Of a DNA stretch of 58,234 nucleotides, positions 47,661 to 57,617 are shown piece by piece. The stretch covers positions 7,141-65,374 of the forward strand of contig PBMF01000015.1 of assembly GCA_002721995.1 (NCBI GenBank). Direction: 5' to 3'. This DNA is from Chloroflexota bacterium. Lineage in GTDB: Bacteria; Chloroflexota; Dehalococcoidia; Lucifugimonadales; UBA3495. The notes under the pieces were generated by a model. The model was not told where the DNA came from and ran no database searches. It saw nothing but the letters and a program-made list of their open reading frames with translations. Each line of letters starts with the position of its first letter. Position 1 is the stretch's first letter. The position numbers were made by a program, and so were the translations under genes.

Positions 47661-48701
47661 CTAGTTGTCCTTGAACTTGAGCAGGATCTTTTCGCCGAAC
47701 ACGCGCAAGGACTGCTCCACCATCTTCTCGTCAATCTGCCCCACGTTGGGGTTGAGCAGCACGTTTCGGACTCCGGTGTCCCGCAGCTCTTCCAGCTTCC
47801 CAGCCACGGTTTCGGGGGTCCCGGCCAAGAAGGCATGCTCCACCTGTTCGCTATCCGGTATGGGTGCGCCGGGAGGGGCGGGCGGCACACCTCCGGGATT
47901 GAACCGCACCCTGGCATCCAGCAAGTGGGCCTTGAACCGGGCCAGGCCCTGCTCGGCGACTTCAATCCCCTGCTCGTCACTGTCGCAGACGAAGAGTGCC
48001 CGCTGGGCCCAGGTCTTGTCCAGGGTGTCCTCGATCTGGGCCTCGGTCAGCCCTGAATTGTTCAGAGCTTCCCGGTAGAGACCGAAGCGCCGGCGCAGGG
48101 TGTCGATGGTCTGGACACCGATCAGCACGGGACGTCCTGCCTTGCCCATGGCCACCATGGACTCCTCGGATATGCAGGCCCGCACGATGGGCGGATGGGG
48201 CTTCTGGTAGGGCTGGGGGCGCAGGCCGGGGAAGGACAGGTCCCAAAACTTGCCCTTGTGCACCACGTCGGCGCCGGTCCAGGCCTTAACCAACAGGTCT
48301 TCGGCCTCATCCAGCATCTCCCGGCCCCGTTCCAGGGTGATGCCGTAGCCGATGTACTCATACTCGTTGTAGGCCGAGCCCCGGCCGGTGCCGACGATGA
48401 GTCTGCCGTTGCTCAGGTTGTCCAACAGGGATGTTTGGACGGCCAGCCGCACCGGATGGTGCAGGGCCATCTCCACCACCGCGAAGCCGATGAGCACCCG
48501 CTTGGTGCGGGCCGCCACCGCGGCCCCAAAGACGACCGGGTCGGCGTAGGCCACCGCGCCATCGAAGTGGTGCTCGGTCAACCAGACGGCGTCGAAACCG
48601 ACTTCTTCGGCCAGTTCTATCTCGCGGAGGGTTTGTCCGATTACCTGGTGGTCCTTTTCCTGGTCGGCGCTGATCGAGAAAACGAAGCTGCCGAAACGCA
48701 T
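47661..48701 (-). CDS. LLM-class flavin-dependent oxidoreductase
   Basis: GFDAVWLTEHHF, HHPVRLA, GRLIVGTGRG, PYQKPHPP. Confidence 0.92.
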   Translation of the reverse strand: MRFGSFVFSISADQEKDHQVIGQTLREIELAEEVGFDAVWLTEHHFDGAVAYADPVVFGAAVAARTKRVLIGFAVVEMALHHPVRLAVQTSLLDNLSNGRLIVGTGRGSAYNEYEYIGYGITLERGREMLDEAEDLLVKAWTGADVVHKGKFWDLSFPGLRPQPYQKPHPPIVRACISEESMVAMGKAGRPVLIGVQTIDTLRRRFGLYREALNNSGLTEAQIEDTLDKTWAQRALFVCDSDEQGIEVAEQGLARFKAHLLDARVRFNPGGVPPAPPGAPIPDSEQVEHAFLAGTPETVAGKLEELRDTGVRNVLLNPNVGQIDEKMVEQSLRVFGEKILLKFKDN

Positions 48702-48789
48702 AGCTACTCCTCATGTGGCCTGAATGGATGCAACCGAGGCCGACGGCATTATCGCACACCGGCAGGTCCAGAGCATACGAAAAGTGGCG

Positions 48790-50679
48790 CTAGTCTCCCA
48801 GGTTGAGGACGAACTTCCGGTTGGAGACGCCGCGCTGGAGCAGGGCTTCCCTGGCGTCGACTTCCGGAATCATCTGGTTGGCCCTGACCCGGTAGGTATC
48901 GTCCCGGGTCTCGGCGTGCTGAAACTCCAGGTTCAACCATTCGACGATGAGGTTGAAGTATTCTGCCGCTTCTTGGTGGAGGTCCAGCGCGTCTTCCGGT
49001 GGGGAGATCTGTTGGAATCCGGTCACCAGGTCCTCGGCGGAGCGGACCAGGGCCAGTCGGCTGATCGACGACTCCCCGGCTGTCATGGGTACGGAGATGT
49101 CCTGGGAGCGCTGCTGTAACAGGGCGTCTTTATCCGCCAACAGAAGGTCAAGTCCTGATAGATAATCGGAGACCGTGAGTCTGGAAGAGTCTTCCCAGCC
49201 TTCGAGCCAGCGGACGAACTGGGTCTCAAAAACGGCGAGTGTTAGACCGGTGACAGATTCAATGGCTTGGGACAGGGTTAAACCCCGACCAATATCCTCC
49301 ACAACGCTTACCCCGGACAGCGAGCCGTAAGTCTCGTTCAGAAAGCGTATGGCCATGTAGCTCTGGTTGTACTGCAGGGAAATCTCGTTCTGGTCGGTGC
49401 GTGCGTTCCAATCTGACTGGTCATCGAGGGTGTTCAGGCTGAACAGACCGCCCGCCTGGGCCGCATCCCGCGCGGCATCGGCGGCCCGATAGACCCGGAG
49501 TTTGGTGGCGTCGGCCCGGCTCCCAGAGAGGGAAACATCGTATTCGTAGTAGCGGGAGAGACCTTCGGTAAGCCAGGCGGCCAGGTCCCGGCCGTTGGCC
49601 AGTTCGTCGGAGACCATGTGGACATATTCGTGGGTCAACAACCGCTCCGCCTCGGTAGTCAGGAAATCGGTGCGCATGTAGATTCCGGGTCTGGCCCCGA
49701 ATCCCTTGTAGTAGCCGTCCTCAAAACCCAGGTCCACTCCGGTCGCCGAGGCCACCTGTTCCATGATCTCCCGGTTGGCCATCAGATACAGATCGGGGAG
49801 CTGGGCCACCGTGGCGCCGGTCCGGTCTTCCATCAGGAGCGCGGTGGTGTTGAGCTGCTGCTGGAGGTCAACCATCAGGGCAAGCGGCACGGAGCTGGAG
49901 TAGTATGTCGTCGGACCGGACCCAGTGTGCCTGGTCATCTGCGCCTCAATGGTAATGGGTTCCTGACCGCTCAATTGGAGCTCGTTCATGGTGTATTCGA
50001 TTCCGGCGGCGGAGCCGTCCAGGTCCAGGTCCACGGTCCATGTTCCAGCCTCGTCATTGATGCCGTACCGTTTCCATTCCAGCTGACCCGACTCCGTGGG
50101 GTAGAGGGTGGCTGATGTCGATTTGACGCCAGATGAGTCCACCAAGTTCACATCGTCGTCGGTAATCCAGGGCGATGGCACTCCGTCGGGCCCGGAGATG
50201 GTGATGGTGACCTTTCTCCAGGGGGTAAGCCCGCTGAGCCCAAATGATACATCCCGGCCCGAGAATGCTATCTCGGGGGTCACCGTCATTAAGATTCCAC
50301 CGCCCAGGTCCAGTTGGGCTGTGCCGGCCGGAACGGGAGTTGGCGTTGGGGTGGGCTGGGGAGTGGCCGTCGGCGCCGGTGTTGGAGTCGGAGTCGGGGT
50401 CGGTGTGCTCGTCGGCTCCGGAGTGGGTGTGGGCGTTGGCGGCAGCGGGGTGGCCGTCGGGGTTGGAATGGCGGTGGCGGTAGGCTCCGGCGTTTCGGTC
50501 GCCACGGCCTGGGTGGGTGCCGGTGTAGCTGGGGGTGTCTGGGTAGCGGTCGCCGTCAGCGAAGCCAGGGCCTCGGGCGGCGGGGTGGCCGCGGGCGTGT
50601 CCGGGTCCGCCGTCTGGGTGCAGGCCGCCAGGGCAAGCAACAGAGAGGCGAACAGAAGCAGGGCTGTGGCCAGCTTCAA
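48790..50679 (-). CDS. Lipoprotein with Pro/Thr linker and peptidase MA-like (gluzincin) domain
   Basis: Lipobox LAAC, long (PT)n tract, LTHEYVH..WLTEGLSRY, YNQSYMAIRFL. Confidence 0.8.
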   Translation of the reverse strand: MKLATALLLFASLLLALAACTQTADPDTPAATPPPEALASLTATATQTPPATPAPTQAVATETPEPTATAIPTPTATPLPPTPTPTPEPTSTPTPTPTPTPAPTATPQPTPTPTPVPAGTAQLDLGGGILMTVTPEIAFSGRDVSFGLSGLTPWRKVTITISGPDGVPSPWITDDDVNLVDSSGVKSTSATLYPTESGQLEWKRYGINDEAGTWTVDLDLDGSAAGIEYTMNELQLSGQEPITIEAQMTRHTGSGPTTYYSSSVPLALMVDLQQQLNTTALLMEDRTGATVAQLPDLYLMANREIMEQVASATGVDLGFEDGYYKGFGARPGIYMRTDFLTTEAERLLTHEYVHMVSDELANGRDLAAWLTEGLSRYYEYDVSLSGSRADATKLRVYRAADAARDAAQAGGLFSLNTLDDQSDWNARTDQNEISLQYNQSYMAIRFLNETYGSLSGVSVVEDIGRGLTLSQAIESVTGLTLAVFETQFVRWLEGWEDSSRLTVSDYLSGLDLLLADKDALLQQRSQDISVPMTAGESSISRLALVRSAEDLVTGFQQISPPEDALDLHQEAAEYFNLIVEWLNLEFQHAETRDDTYRVRANQMIPEVDAREALLQRGVSNRKFVLNLGD

Positions 50680-50883
50680 AGTATGTTCACCGCAGCTTGC
50701 AGGTTGGGGCCTGGAGTACGGGTGTTTGGCATGGGAAATACAAAGCTAGTCTGTCATAGGGGATTTTTTTAGGGCAAGCACGCCCACGGGCCGGATTCTC
50801 GTGTTAGAATTTGCTTGAAATTTTCCGGGCCTGATTCCTGTTTCATGAATGACTGGCCCCGGCTAATTCAAGTGGAGGATGCC

Positions 50884-51645
50884 ATGAACGTCCACGTTTA
50901 CACGCAACCTGGTTGATTCAGCTGCCGGACGGTGGAAGAATTTCTGAAGTCCAACGGTGTTCAGTATGAACACCACAACGTACTGGAAGACAAACAGGCC
51001 CTTGAGGACCTGCGCGGCCGGGGCATCAAGGCCCTGCCCGTAACAATCATTGATGACAGCGAAGTCATCATCGGCTACTTCCCGAAAAAGCTGATCCCCG
51101 CTTTGAAGCTGGACGTACAGGTCGATCTGTCGGGCAAGACTGCCTGGCTGGCCGATAAGTACGGCAAGATCCTAGACGCTGCGGTCCGGACCACGTCCCA
51201 GTTCACCCAGGAGCAGCTGGACGCCCTGGTGCCCTGGCGCCCCTGGAGTCTTCGGGACACCGTGCTCCACATCATGTCATTCCCCGAGGTGGCCTATCTC
51301 AGCCACAAGGTGGGCAGCATGAGCCAGGAGGACATGCGGGCCTCGGACGATCGGCTGAAGCCGGTGCACACCGCCGGGCAGATGGCCGAGTACGGCTCCA
51401 AGGTACGCGGCGACATCGTCGCGTTCCTGAACAGTGGCAACAACGAGACCTTCGACCGGGAGGTCCCCGCACACTACGGCGGGGAGGTCACGGTGCTGGA
51501 GCTGTTGAACATCATCCTCAGTCACAGCACCCACCATCTGAAACAGGTCTACCATTATATGCAGACCGACCTGGGCTTGATCCTGGATAACCCGGCCACA
51601 GAGGAAGACCTGGAAGGGATCCAGACTCCGGAAGCCCTGTTCTAA
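50884..51645 (+). CDS. Glutaredoxin(UxxC)-DinB fusion selenoprotein, 253 aa
   Basis: GGAGG SD, ATG 50884: MNVHVYTQPG-TGA-FSCRTVEEFL..KALPVTII..IIGY in frame with the tracked ORF 50932; TGA at 50914-50916; C-terminal DinB-like RDTVLH..HSTHHLKQ. Confidence 0.87.
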
Positions 51646-51762
51646 GTCTCCGGTTGCCGGATATTCCGGCCAAAAAAGGGAACCAAGTCCGTTCGCGGCG
51701 TGACCTCCACACCGCGAACGGACTGTATTTTTAGCAGCAATTTCATGAGTATGGGAGGGAAC

Positions 51763-53310
51763 ATGAAATACGACTATATAATCCTGGGCGCCGGCTCCGC
51801 CGGTTCCATCGTCGCCACCAGGCTTTCCGAAGACCCCACCAAGAACATCCTGCTCTTGGAAGCGGGTCCCGACTATCCAGACTTCGACCACCTGCCCGAG
51901 GAGGTGAAGTTCGGCTACGCCACCGAGATCGACATAATGGTCAGCGACCATAACTGGCAGTTCATCGGCAAGGCCACCGAGACCTCTCCGGAGATGCTGG
52001 TGCCCCGGGGCAAAGTTACCGGCGGTTCCAGCGCCATCAACGGCCAGGTCTTCCTGCGGGGAGTTCCCGAGGACTATGACTCATGGGCCGCCATGGGCAA
52101 CGACGAATGGCGGTTCCAGGACTGTCTGCCCTATTTCCGGAAGATAGAGACCGACACCGACTACCAGGACGACTTCCACGGTCCGGACGGTCCCATCGTC
52201 ATGCACCGGTTCGCCAGGGACACCTGGCACCCGGCCACCGAGGCCTTCTACCAAGCCTGCCGCTCCGCCGGCTATCCCGATTCACCGGACCACAACCACC
52301 CCGACTCCACAGGTGTGGGGCCGACGCCCCTGAACAACCCGGGCGGCATCCGCATGAGCACGGCCCTGGGTTACCTGGACCAGATCAGGCACCGGCTCAA
52401 TGTGACCATTCGGGCCAACTGCCACGTCCAACGCATCCTTTTCGAAGGCAAGCGGGCCGTGGGAGTGAAGGTGGAGAGCGGCGGCGAGACCTTTGACGTG
52501 GAAGGCTCCGAGATCATTCTCAGCTCCGGCGCCATCGGCTCACCCCAGACACTGATGCTGTCGGGCGTGGGTCCGGCCGACCACCTGAAAGAGTTCGGCA
52601 TACCCGTGGTGCACGATGCGCCAGGCGTTGGCCAGAACCTGCGCGATCATCCGCTGATCTTCGTCACCTGGCGCACCAAGCCGGAGGTCGCACTGGACGG
52701 CAACGCACCAAGGATGCAGGCGACGCTGCGCTACACCGCCGGCGGCTCGGACCTGCGGAACGATATGAAGGTCTCCATGCAGTCCTTTGCCACTGAGCGA
52801 ATTAACCGGGGCGGTGACCGTATGGTGCCCCTGGGAGTGCGCATGAGCAGCGGTATCCAACTTGCTGCCAGCGCGGGTCAACTGCGGCTCCAGTCCGCGG
52901 ACCCCAAGGAGCAGCCTTTCTTGGACTACCACCTTCTGGACGACCCCTTTGACCGGGAGCGCATGCGGGAGACTGTCCGCATCTGCGTGGCCCTGGGCGA
53001 AGACCCGGCCTTCAAGGACATCATTGCCGAGCGTATCGAGCCCACGGAAGCCGAACTTGCTTCCGATGAGGCGTTGGACGAATTCCTGCTGCGTGAGGTG
53101 ACCACCTCCCAGCACATCTCCTGCACCTGCAAGATGGGCCCCGCGGACGACCCCATGGCCGTGGTGGACCAGTACGGCAAGGTCCACGGCATGGAGGGCC
53201 TGCGGGTGGTGGACGCCTCCATCATGCCCGACTGCATCCGCGCCAACACCAACGTCACCACTATGATGATTGGTGAGCGCGTTGCCGACTGGATCAAGCA
53301 GGGGAAGTAG
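51763..53310 (+). CDS. GMC family oxidoreductase (BetA/MftG-like)
   Basis: Start MKYDYIILGAGSAG at 51763; PRGKVTGGSSAING, TSQHISCTCKMG, RANTN. Confidence 0.92.
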   Translation: MKYDYIILGAGSAGSIVATRLSEDPTKNILLLEAGPDYPDFDHLPEEVKFGYATEIDIMVSDHNWQFIGKATETSPEMLVPRGKVTGGSSAINGQVFLRGVPEDYDSWAAMGNDEWRFQDCLPYFRKIETDTDYQDDFHGPDGPIVMHRFARDTWHPATEAFYQACRSAGYPDSPDHNHPDSTGVGPTPLNNPGGIRMSTALGYLDQIRHRLNVTIRANCHVQRILFEGKRAVGVKVESGGETFDVEGSEIILSSGAIGSPQTLMLSGVGPADHLKEFGIPVVHDAPGVGQNLRDHPLIFVTWRTKPEVALDGNAPRMQATLRYTAGGSDLRNDMKVSMQSFATERINRGGDRMVPLGVRMSSGIQLAASAGQLRLQSADPKEQPFLDYHLLDDPFDRERMRETVRICVALGEDPAFKDIIAERIEPTEAELASDEALDEFLLREVTTSQHISCTCKMGPADDPMAVVDQYGKVHGMEGLRVVDASIMPDCIRANTNVTTMMIGERVADWIKQGK

Positions 53311-53380
53311 GACCAACCTGGTTGAACACGAATCCTCTCCCCCGCAAGGCGGGGGAGAGGACGATATTCTGAGGCAACAA

Positions 53381-53424
53381 GAAAAGGGGCGCTGTGAGTA
53401 CCACTCACAGCGCCCCTTTTCTTT
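53381..53424. terminator. Bidirectional terminator between convergent genes
   Basis: GAAAAGGGGCGCTGTGAGT-ACC-ACTCACAGCGCCCCTTTTC. Confidence 0.85.
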
Positions 53425-53441
53425 GCCCTTTCCCAGTCTGC

Positions 53442-54371
53442 TTAGAAGACAGCCAGGGGGTTGGTGGGGGAGCCGGTGGCGTTCTTGAACCGCAGTGGGG
53501 CGACTACGAACATGAATTCGTAGCGGTTCAGGCGCTCGCAGACGGCGGCCAGCTCTTCGCAGTTGCCGGCGTCAATGAGCCACAGGCCCATGCCGACGAT
53601 ACCCACCCGGTGGACGGGTAGGCCGATGCCGGGGTAGCCGCTGGGTTCCACGTCCTGGGAGGCGTCCCCGCCCACCACAGAGATTCCCCGTTCCTTCAGC
53701 CAGGGCAGGGTCTCGGCGTGGAGTCCGGGCCGGCCCGATTCGGGCGCTCCCTTGGCCAGGCGGCGCTTGTACCAGCCCAGCCGGAGCATCAGGGCGTCTC
53801 CTTCCTCCAGGCGCACACCCTGGGCCTTCTCGGCCGCTTCTAGGTCCTCGGTGAAGACGCCTTCGCCGGCCTCCAACCACTCGACCCCGCGCACCTTGGT
53901 GATGTCCAGCATGACGCCCCGGGTGATGATGCCGTTCTGGGCGGTGTCAATGTTCAGCACAGTGGCCTTGGACTCGCTGCCCACCAATGAAGCGTCCTTG
54001 CCGTTGTACAGCTTGCCGTTCCAGGTCTGGTGGCAGAGGGCGTCCAGATGGGTGATGGTCAGACCGTGGTAAGAGAACCCCAAGAAGTCGGAGGTTCCCC
54101 CGCCGCCCTCGGCCGGCACGGTGTCGCCGGCGCGGATCATGTAGTGCAGGGGCGGGATGGTTGTGACATCCGCGGCGATCTCGGGCTCAACCAGCCGCGA
54201 ACAGGTGACGCTTATGCCCTCTTTCACCAGGGCGGCGGCCTGGGCGCGTTTGGCGTCGGTTATCAGGTTCAGGGTGCCAAGTTGGTCGTCGTCACCCCAG
54301 CGTCCCCAGTTGCTGAGTGAGTCCATCCAACCGATTACCTGTTCTTCCGTGGGTACCTGTCTGCTGGCCAT
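53442..54371 (-). CDS. Cyclase family protein (kynurenine formamidase-like)
   Basis: NWGRWGDDDQLGTLN, HGLTITHLDALCH, GSPTNPLAVF. Confidence 0.9.
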   Translation of the reverse strand: MASRQVPTEEQVIGWMDSLSNWGRWGDDDQLGTLNLITDAKRAQAAALVKEGISVTCSRLVEPEIAADVTTIPPLHYMIRAGDTVPAEGGGGTSDFLGFSYHGLTITHLDALCHQTWNGKLYNGKDASLVGSESKATVLNIDTAQNGIITRGVMLDITKVRGVEWLEAGEGVFTEDLEAAEKAQGVRLEEGDALMLRLGWYKRRLAKGAPESGRPGLHAETLPWLKERGISVVGGDASQDVEPSGYPGIGLPVHRVGIVGMGLWLIDAGNCEELAAVCERLNRYEFMFVVAPLRFKNATGSPTNPLAVF

Positions 54372-54395
54372 GGTCCTCTCCTTCCTTTTATTCGT

Positions 54396-56033
54396 TTACT
54401 CGGTGGTGAGCCCGGTGATGGCGCCGTCCACGAACAGGATCTCGATGGTCCGCGAGACGGCTTCTTCCAGTTGGGCGTGGGCTGACTGGTCCAGGTGTTG
54501 GCCCAGGCTATCGACTATGTCGGCGACGGATTTCTGGCCGTCAACGGCGGTGATGACCGCGGCAACGATGGGGCTGCAGGGCGTGCCCTCGGGCTGGGAG
54601 ATGGTGTTCAGCACATGGCCCCGCACGAACTCGCCTTCAGCCAAAACCGGCTTTTCCTCGACTTTGACGCCCTCTGCTATCTGGGGGATGGCGTTCAGTA
54701 GTTGGTTCCGTTGGGGGTCTCCGGCCAGGGCCGCCAGCCATTCGGTACGGGCCCGGCGCTCGGTCTCCACAGCGCGGATGCTCTCGGTAAACTCCTCCGG
54801 AGCGTGTCCCCGCTCCAGGACCACCCGCTCGTAGCCCCGGGGCGGCTGACCGGCGACGGCCTGGATGAAGCTCTCCCGGGGGGAATAGTGGCTGGCATTG
54901 GTGATGCGCCGGGCCTCCCAGAAGTAGGACTCGGCGCTGAGGTTGCTGGAGTAGAACAGCCGGGCCATCTCCCGGAACTGGTTGTACTCCTTCAAGTACA
55001 GCTCCTGATAGACCTGGCCGGCATCTTCTGCCAGGGAAGGGTCGTTCAATGCTGTGGTCACGTAGGCCGCAGCCAGCACTCCGGACATGAGGGCCAGGTG
55101 TACCCCCGAGGAGAAGAGGGGATCAACGAAACAGGCGGCGTCCCCGGCCAGTATGAAGCCGGGGCCGAACAGCTTTTCCGATGTGTAAGACCAGTCCAGC
55201 AGCACCGTCGGCTCAGAGTCCATCGCGGCCTTGGCCAGCATATTCTTAGTATGCGTGCTCTGGGACAGCTGGGACTCCAGGAATGCTTTGGCCCCTTCCT
55301 TCTGGATACCTTCTTGACCGATTTTGGAATCCACGACCGCACCCACGCTGGTCCGGCCCGTGTGCAGGGGGATGCTCCAGAGCCAGCCGTGCTGATAGGA
55401 CTCGATGAAGATGTTGTTCTGGTCGGGCTCGGGCAACGGGTCTCCGCCGGTGAAGTAGGCGTAGACCGCCAGGTTTTGGAAGAAGGGGTCCCATTGTTTG
55501 TATTCGAGATGCCTGGCCAGGAGCGTCGATTGGCCGGAGGCGTCCACAATGAACCGGCATTCGGCTTCGCCCTCAACACCGTCGGCGTTGGTGAACTCAA
55601 CGCCCACCGCTTCGCCGTCGTCGAAGATCACATCTGAAACGTGGGCGCCCTCCACCACCGTCACACCGGCGGCGCGGGCGTTGTCTAGGAGTATCTGGTC
55701 GAACTGGGGGCGCCACACCTGGTAGGAGTGGGGATAACGCTGGCTGGTCTCCTTGAAATACCAACTCCAGGGGCTAGAGCCGCTGCCCCAGACCATGGTC
55801 GCGCCGGGCTTGGGGAGAAAACCTGCCTCTTCCACGGCCGGAAGGACTCCAAGTTCTTCCAGTATGGGGATGGAGGCGGGGAGGAGGGATTCTCCAACAT
55901 GGTCGCGGGGGAAGTTTTCCCTTTCGAGGACGGTCACCTGCCAGCCCTTGCGGGCCAGCATGGTCGCGGCGGCGCTGCCGGCGGGCCCTCCGCCAATGAC
56001 GACCACGTCCGCGCTAAGGTCGGTAACATTCAT
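54396..56033 (-). CDS. Flavin-dependent halogenase (PltA/CndH-like) with C-terminal winged-helix/PqqD-like extension
   Basis: GGGPAG, FPRDHVGESLLP, GFLPKPGA (catalytic Lys position), GWLWSIPL (WxWxIP), GDAACFVDPLFSSGVHLA. Confidence 0.82.
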   Translation of the reverse strand: MNVTDLSADVVVIGGGPAGSAAATMLARKGWQVTVLERENFPRDHVGESLLPASIPILEELGVLPAVEEAGFLPKPGATMVWGSGSSPWSWYFKETSQRYPHSYQVWRPQFDQILLDNARAAGVTVVEGAHVSDVIFDDGEAVGVEFTNADGVEGEAECRFIVDASGQSTLLARHLEYKQWDPFFQNLAVYAYFTGGDPLPEPDQNNIFIESYQHGWLWSIPLHTGRTSVGAVVDSKIGQEGIQKEGAKAFLESQLSQSTHTKNMLAKAAMDSEPTVLLDWSYTSEKLFGPGFILAGDAACFVDPLFSSGVHLALMSGVLAAAYVTTALNDPSLAEDAGQVYQELYLKEYNQFREMARLFYSSNLSAESYFWEARRITNASHYSPRESFIQAVAGQPPRGYERVVLERGHAPEEFTESIRAVETERRARTEWLAALAGDPQRNQLLNAIPQIAEGVKVEEKPVLAEGEFVRGHVLNTISQPEGTPCSPIVAAVITAVDGQKSVADIVDSLGQHLDQSAHAQLEEAVSRTIEILFVDGAITGLTTE

Positions 56034-56064
56034 AGCGACATATTATGCGCCCATGGGGAAATTG

Positions 56065-56101
56065 AAAATCCCCCGGTTAGTCAGAAGCCAACCGGGGGAT
56101 T
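56065..56101 (-). terminator. Terminator hairpin downstream of the LLM gene
   Basis: Minus strand AATCCCCCGGTTGG..CTAACCGGGGGATTTT. Confidence 0.65.
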
Positions 56102-56152
56102 CATTCTTGGTCTCAGGGATAGCTGGGTAGGATACGGCTGGGACTAGTCTGC

Positions 56153-57412
56153 TTACTCGGCGCCGGCGGACTCTGCCGGTGTTTCATCAAAGGGTTTACC
56201 GGTGGCCGGATTCACGTCGAAGGAGCTGGGCAGTTCCAGGTCCTTAGCGATTTCCCGGACGGCGGGTATGACCTCTTCACCCATGAGCCGCAGGCTGCGC
56301 ATGGCGTCGTCGTGGGTCATGGCGCCGTCGCCGTCCCAGAAGAAGACGCTGCCGGGGCGCAGGTACTCAAGCACGTGGCGAATCTTGGGAATCACGGTCT
56401 TGGGGGTGCCCGTGATGATTGTGTAGTCCTCGATCTGTTTTTCGTAGGGCTGGGCCAGAGCGCCTCCGCCCCTCTGCCGTGTGGCGAATACCTGGGTGGA
56501 GAGCACCCGGCTCCGCGAAGTCAGACCTGGCAGGGCGGTCAGGGCCGGGTTGTTGGTACCCTCGTTGCCGGCCAGGAAGGGGTTGCTGGGGCCCTGGATG
56601 AACTTGCGCGCGGTCTGCTCGGCCAACTCCTCGGTCTCGTCCACATGGACCTTCCAAAGGTAGCCCAGATTTTGCGGGCCGGACTCGTAGCCCTCTTCCT
56701 TGGCGGTCTTGTGGTAAAGGTCAAAGGCGTTCCGGGTTGGCTCCAGCTGGGTTGAAAGCATGATGTAGGGAATCCGCTTCCTGGCGGCCCACATCAGAGA
56801 GTCCCGGCTGATGACGCCCGGCAGCCAGATCTGGGGATGGGGCTGCTGGTACGGCCGTACCCAGGGGTTCACATGCCGGAACTGGTAGTGCTTGCCCTCC
56901 CACCGGAACGGGCCAGGCGTGGTCCAGGCCTTGACGATGAACTCATGAGCCTCCTGGAACCGCTCCCAGTTGTAGGGGGGCGGCGAGTTGTGAGCCACGC
57001 TCTCACGGCCGGTGCCCCGGACCCAACCGGAAACCAGACGGCCGTGGGAGATCATGTCAATCATGGAGAGTTGCTCCACCAGCCAAAGGGGGTCGTCCCA
57101 GATGGGCAGTATGTTGCCCAAGAGGACGATCTTTGCCCGTTTGGTGATGCGGGCCAGGATGGACGCTTCCACGTTCATGGCCCCGCCCATGCAGAAGGGC
57201 GTGCTGTGGTGCTCGTTCAGCATCAGGCCGTCGAACCCCATCTCCTCCGCGTAGATCTTCTCGTCCAGGTATCGGTTGTAGAGGTGGGCGCCCAGCTCGG
57301 CGTCGTAGTCGCCGTTGCTAACGGTCAGGTCCTTGATGGGCAGGCCAGTGGCGCCAAAGAAACCGGATTTGGGGTCTTGATAGGGCCTTTCAGTAAAGTA
57401 GCCGATGAACAT
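56153..57412 (-). CDS. LLM-class flavin-dependent oxidoreductase
   Basis: EEMGFDGLMLNEHH, GRLVSGWVRG, VNPWVRPYQQPHPQIW. Confidence 0.9.
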   Translation of the reverse strand: MFIGYFTERPYQDPKSGFFGATGLPIKDLTVSNGDYDAELGAHLYNRYLDEKIYAEEMGFDGLMLNEHHSTPFCMGGAMNVEASILARITKRAKIVLLGNILPIWDDPLWLVEQLSMIDMISHGRLVSGWVRGTGRESVAHNSPPPYNWERFQEAHEFIVKAWTTPGPFRWEGKHYQFRHVNPWVRPYQQPHPQIWLPGVISRDSLMWAARKRIPYIMLSTQLEPTRNAFDLYHKTAKEEGYESGPQNLGYLWKVHVDETEELAEQTARKFIQGPSNPFLAGNEGTNNPALTALPGLTSRSRVLSTQVFATRQRGGGALAQPYEKQIEDYTIITGTPKTVIPKIRHVLEYLRPGSVFFWDGDGAMTHDDAMRSLRLMGEEVIPAVREIAKDLELPSSFDVNPATGKPFDETPAESAGAE

Positions 57413-57617
57413 GCAACAATCCTAGATTAACGACTGGATGTCCCGTGTATGTCCGGCGCAGCACTGCGTTTTCACGCCTGTCTTCGCCTTGGGCGCATTA
57501 TAGCACCGGACATGGTTGATTTCGCAATTGCCAGTCGGTCCGAGATACAGCCGGAACCTTGCGTTCAATTACGCATCCAACCATTCAGAGAATTGAACGG
57601 GGGACTAGGGGAATCCA

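Noticed and set aside
50340-50590. Tandem-repeat-like DNA
   Set aside because: It is the coding Pro/Thr linker of the lipoprotein
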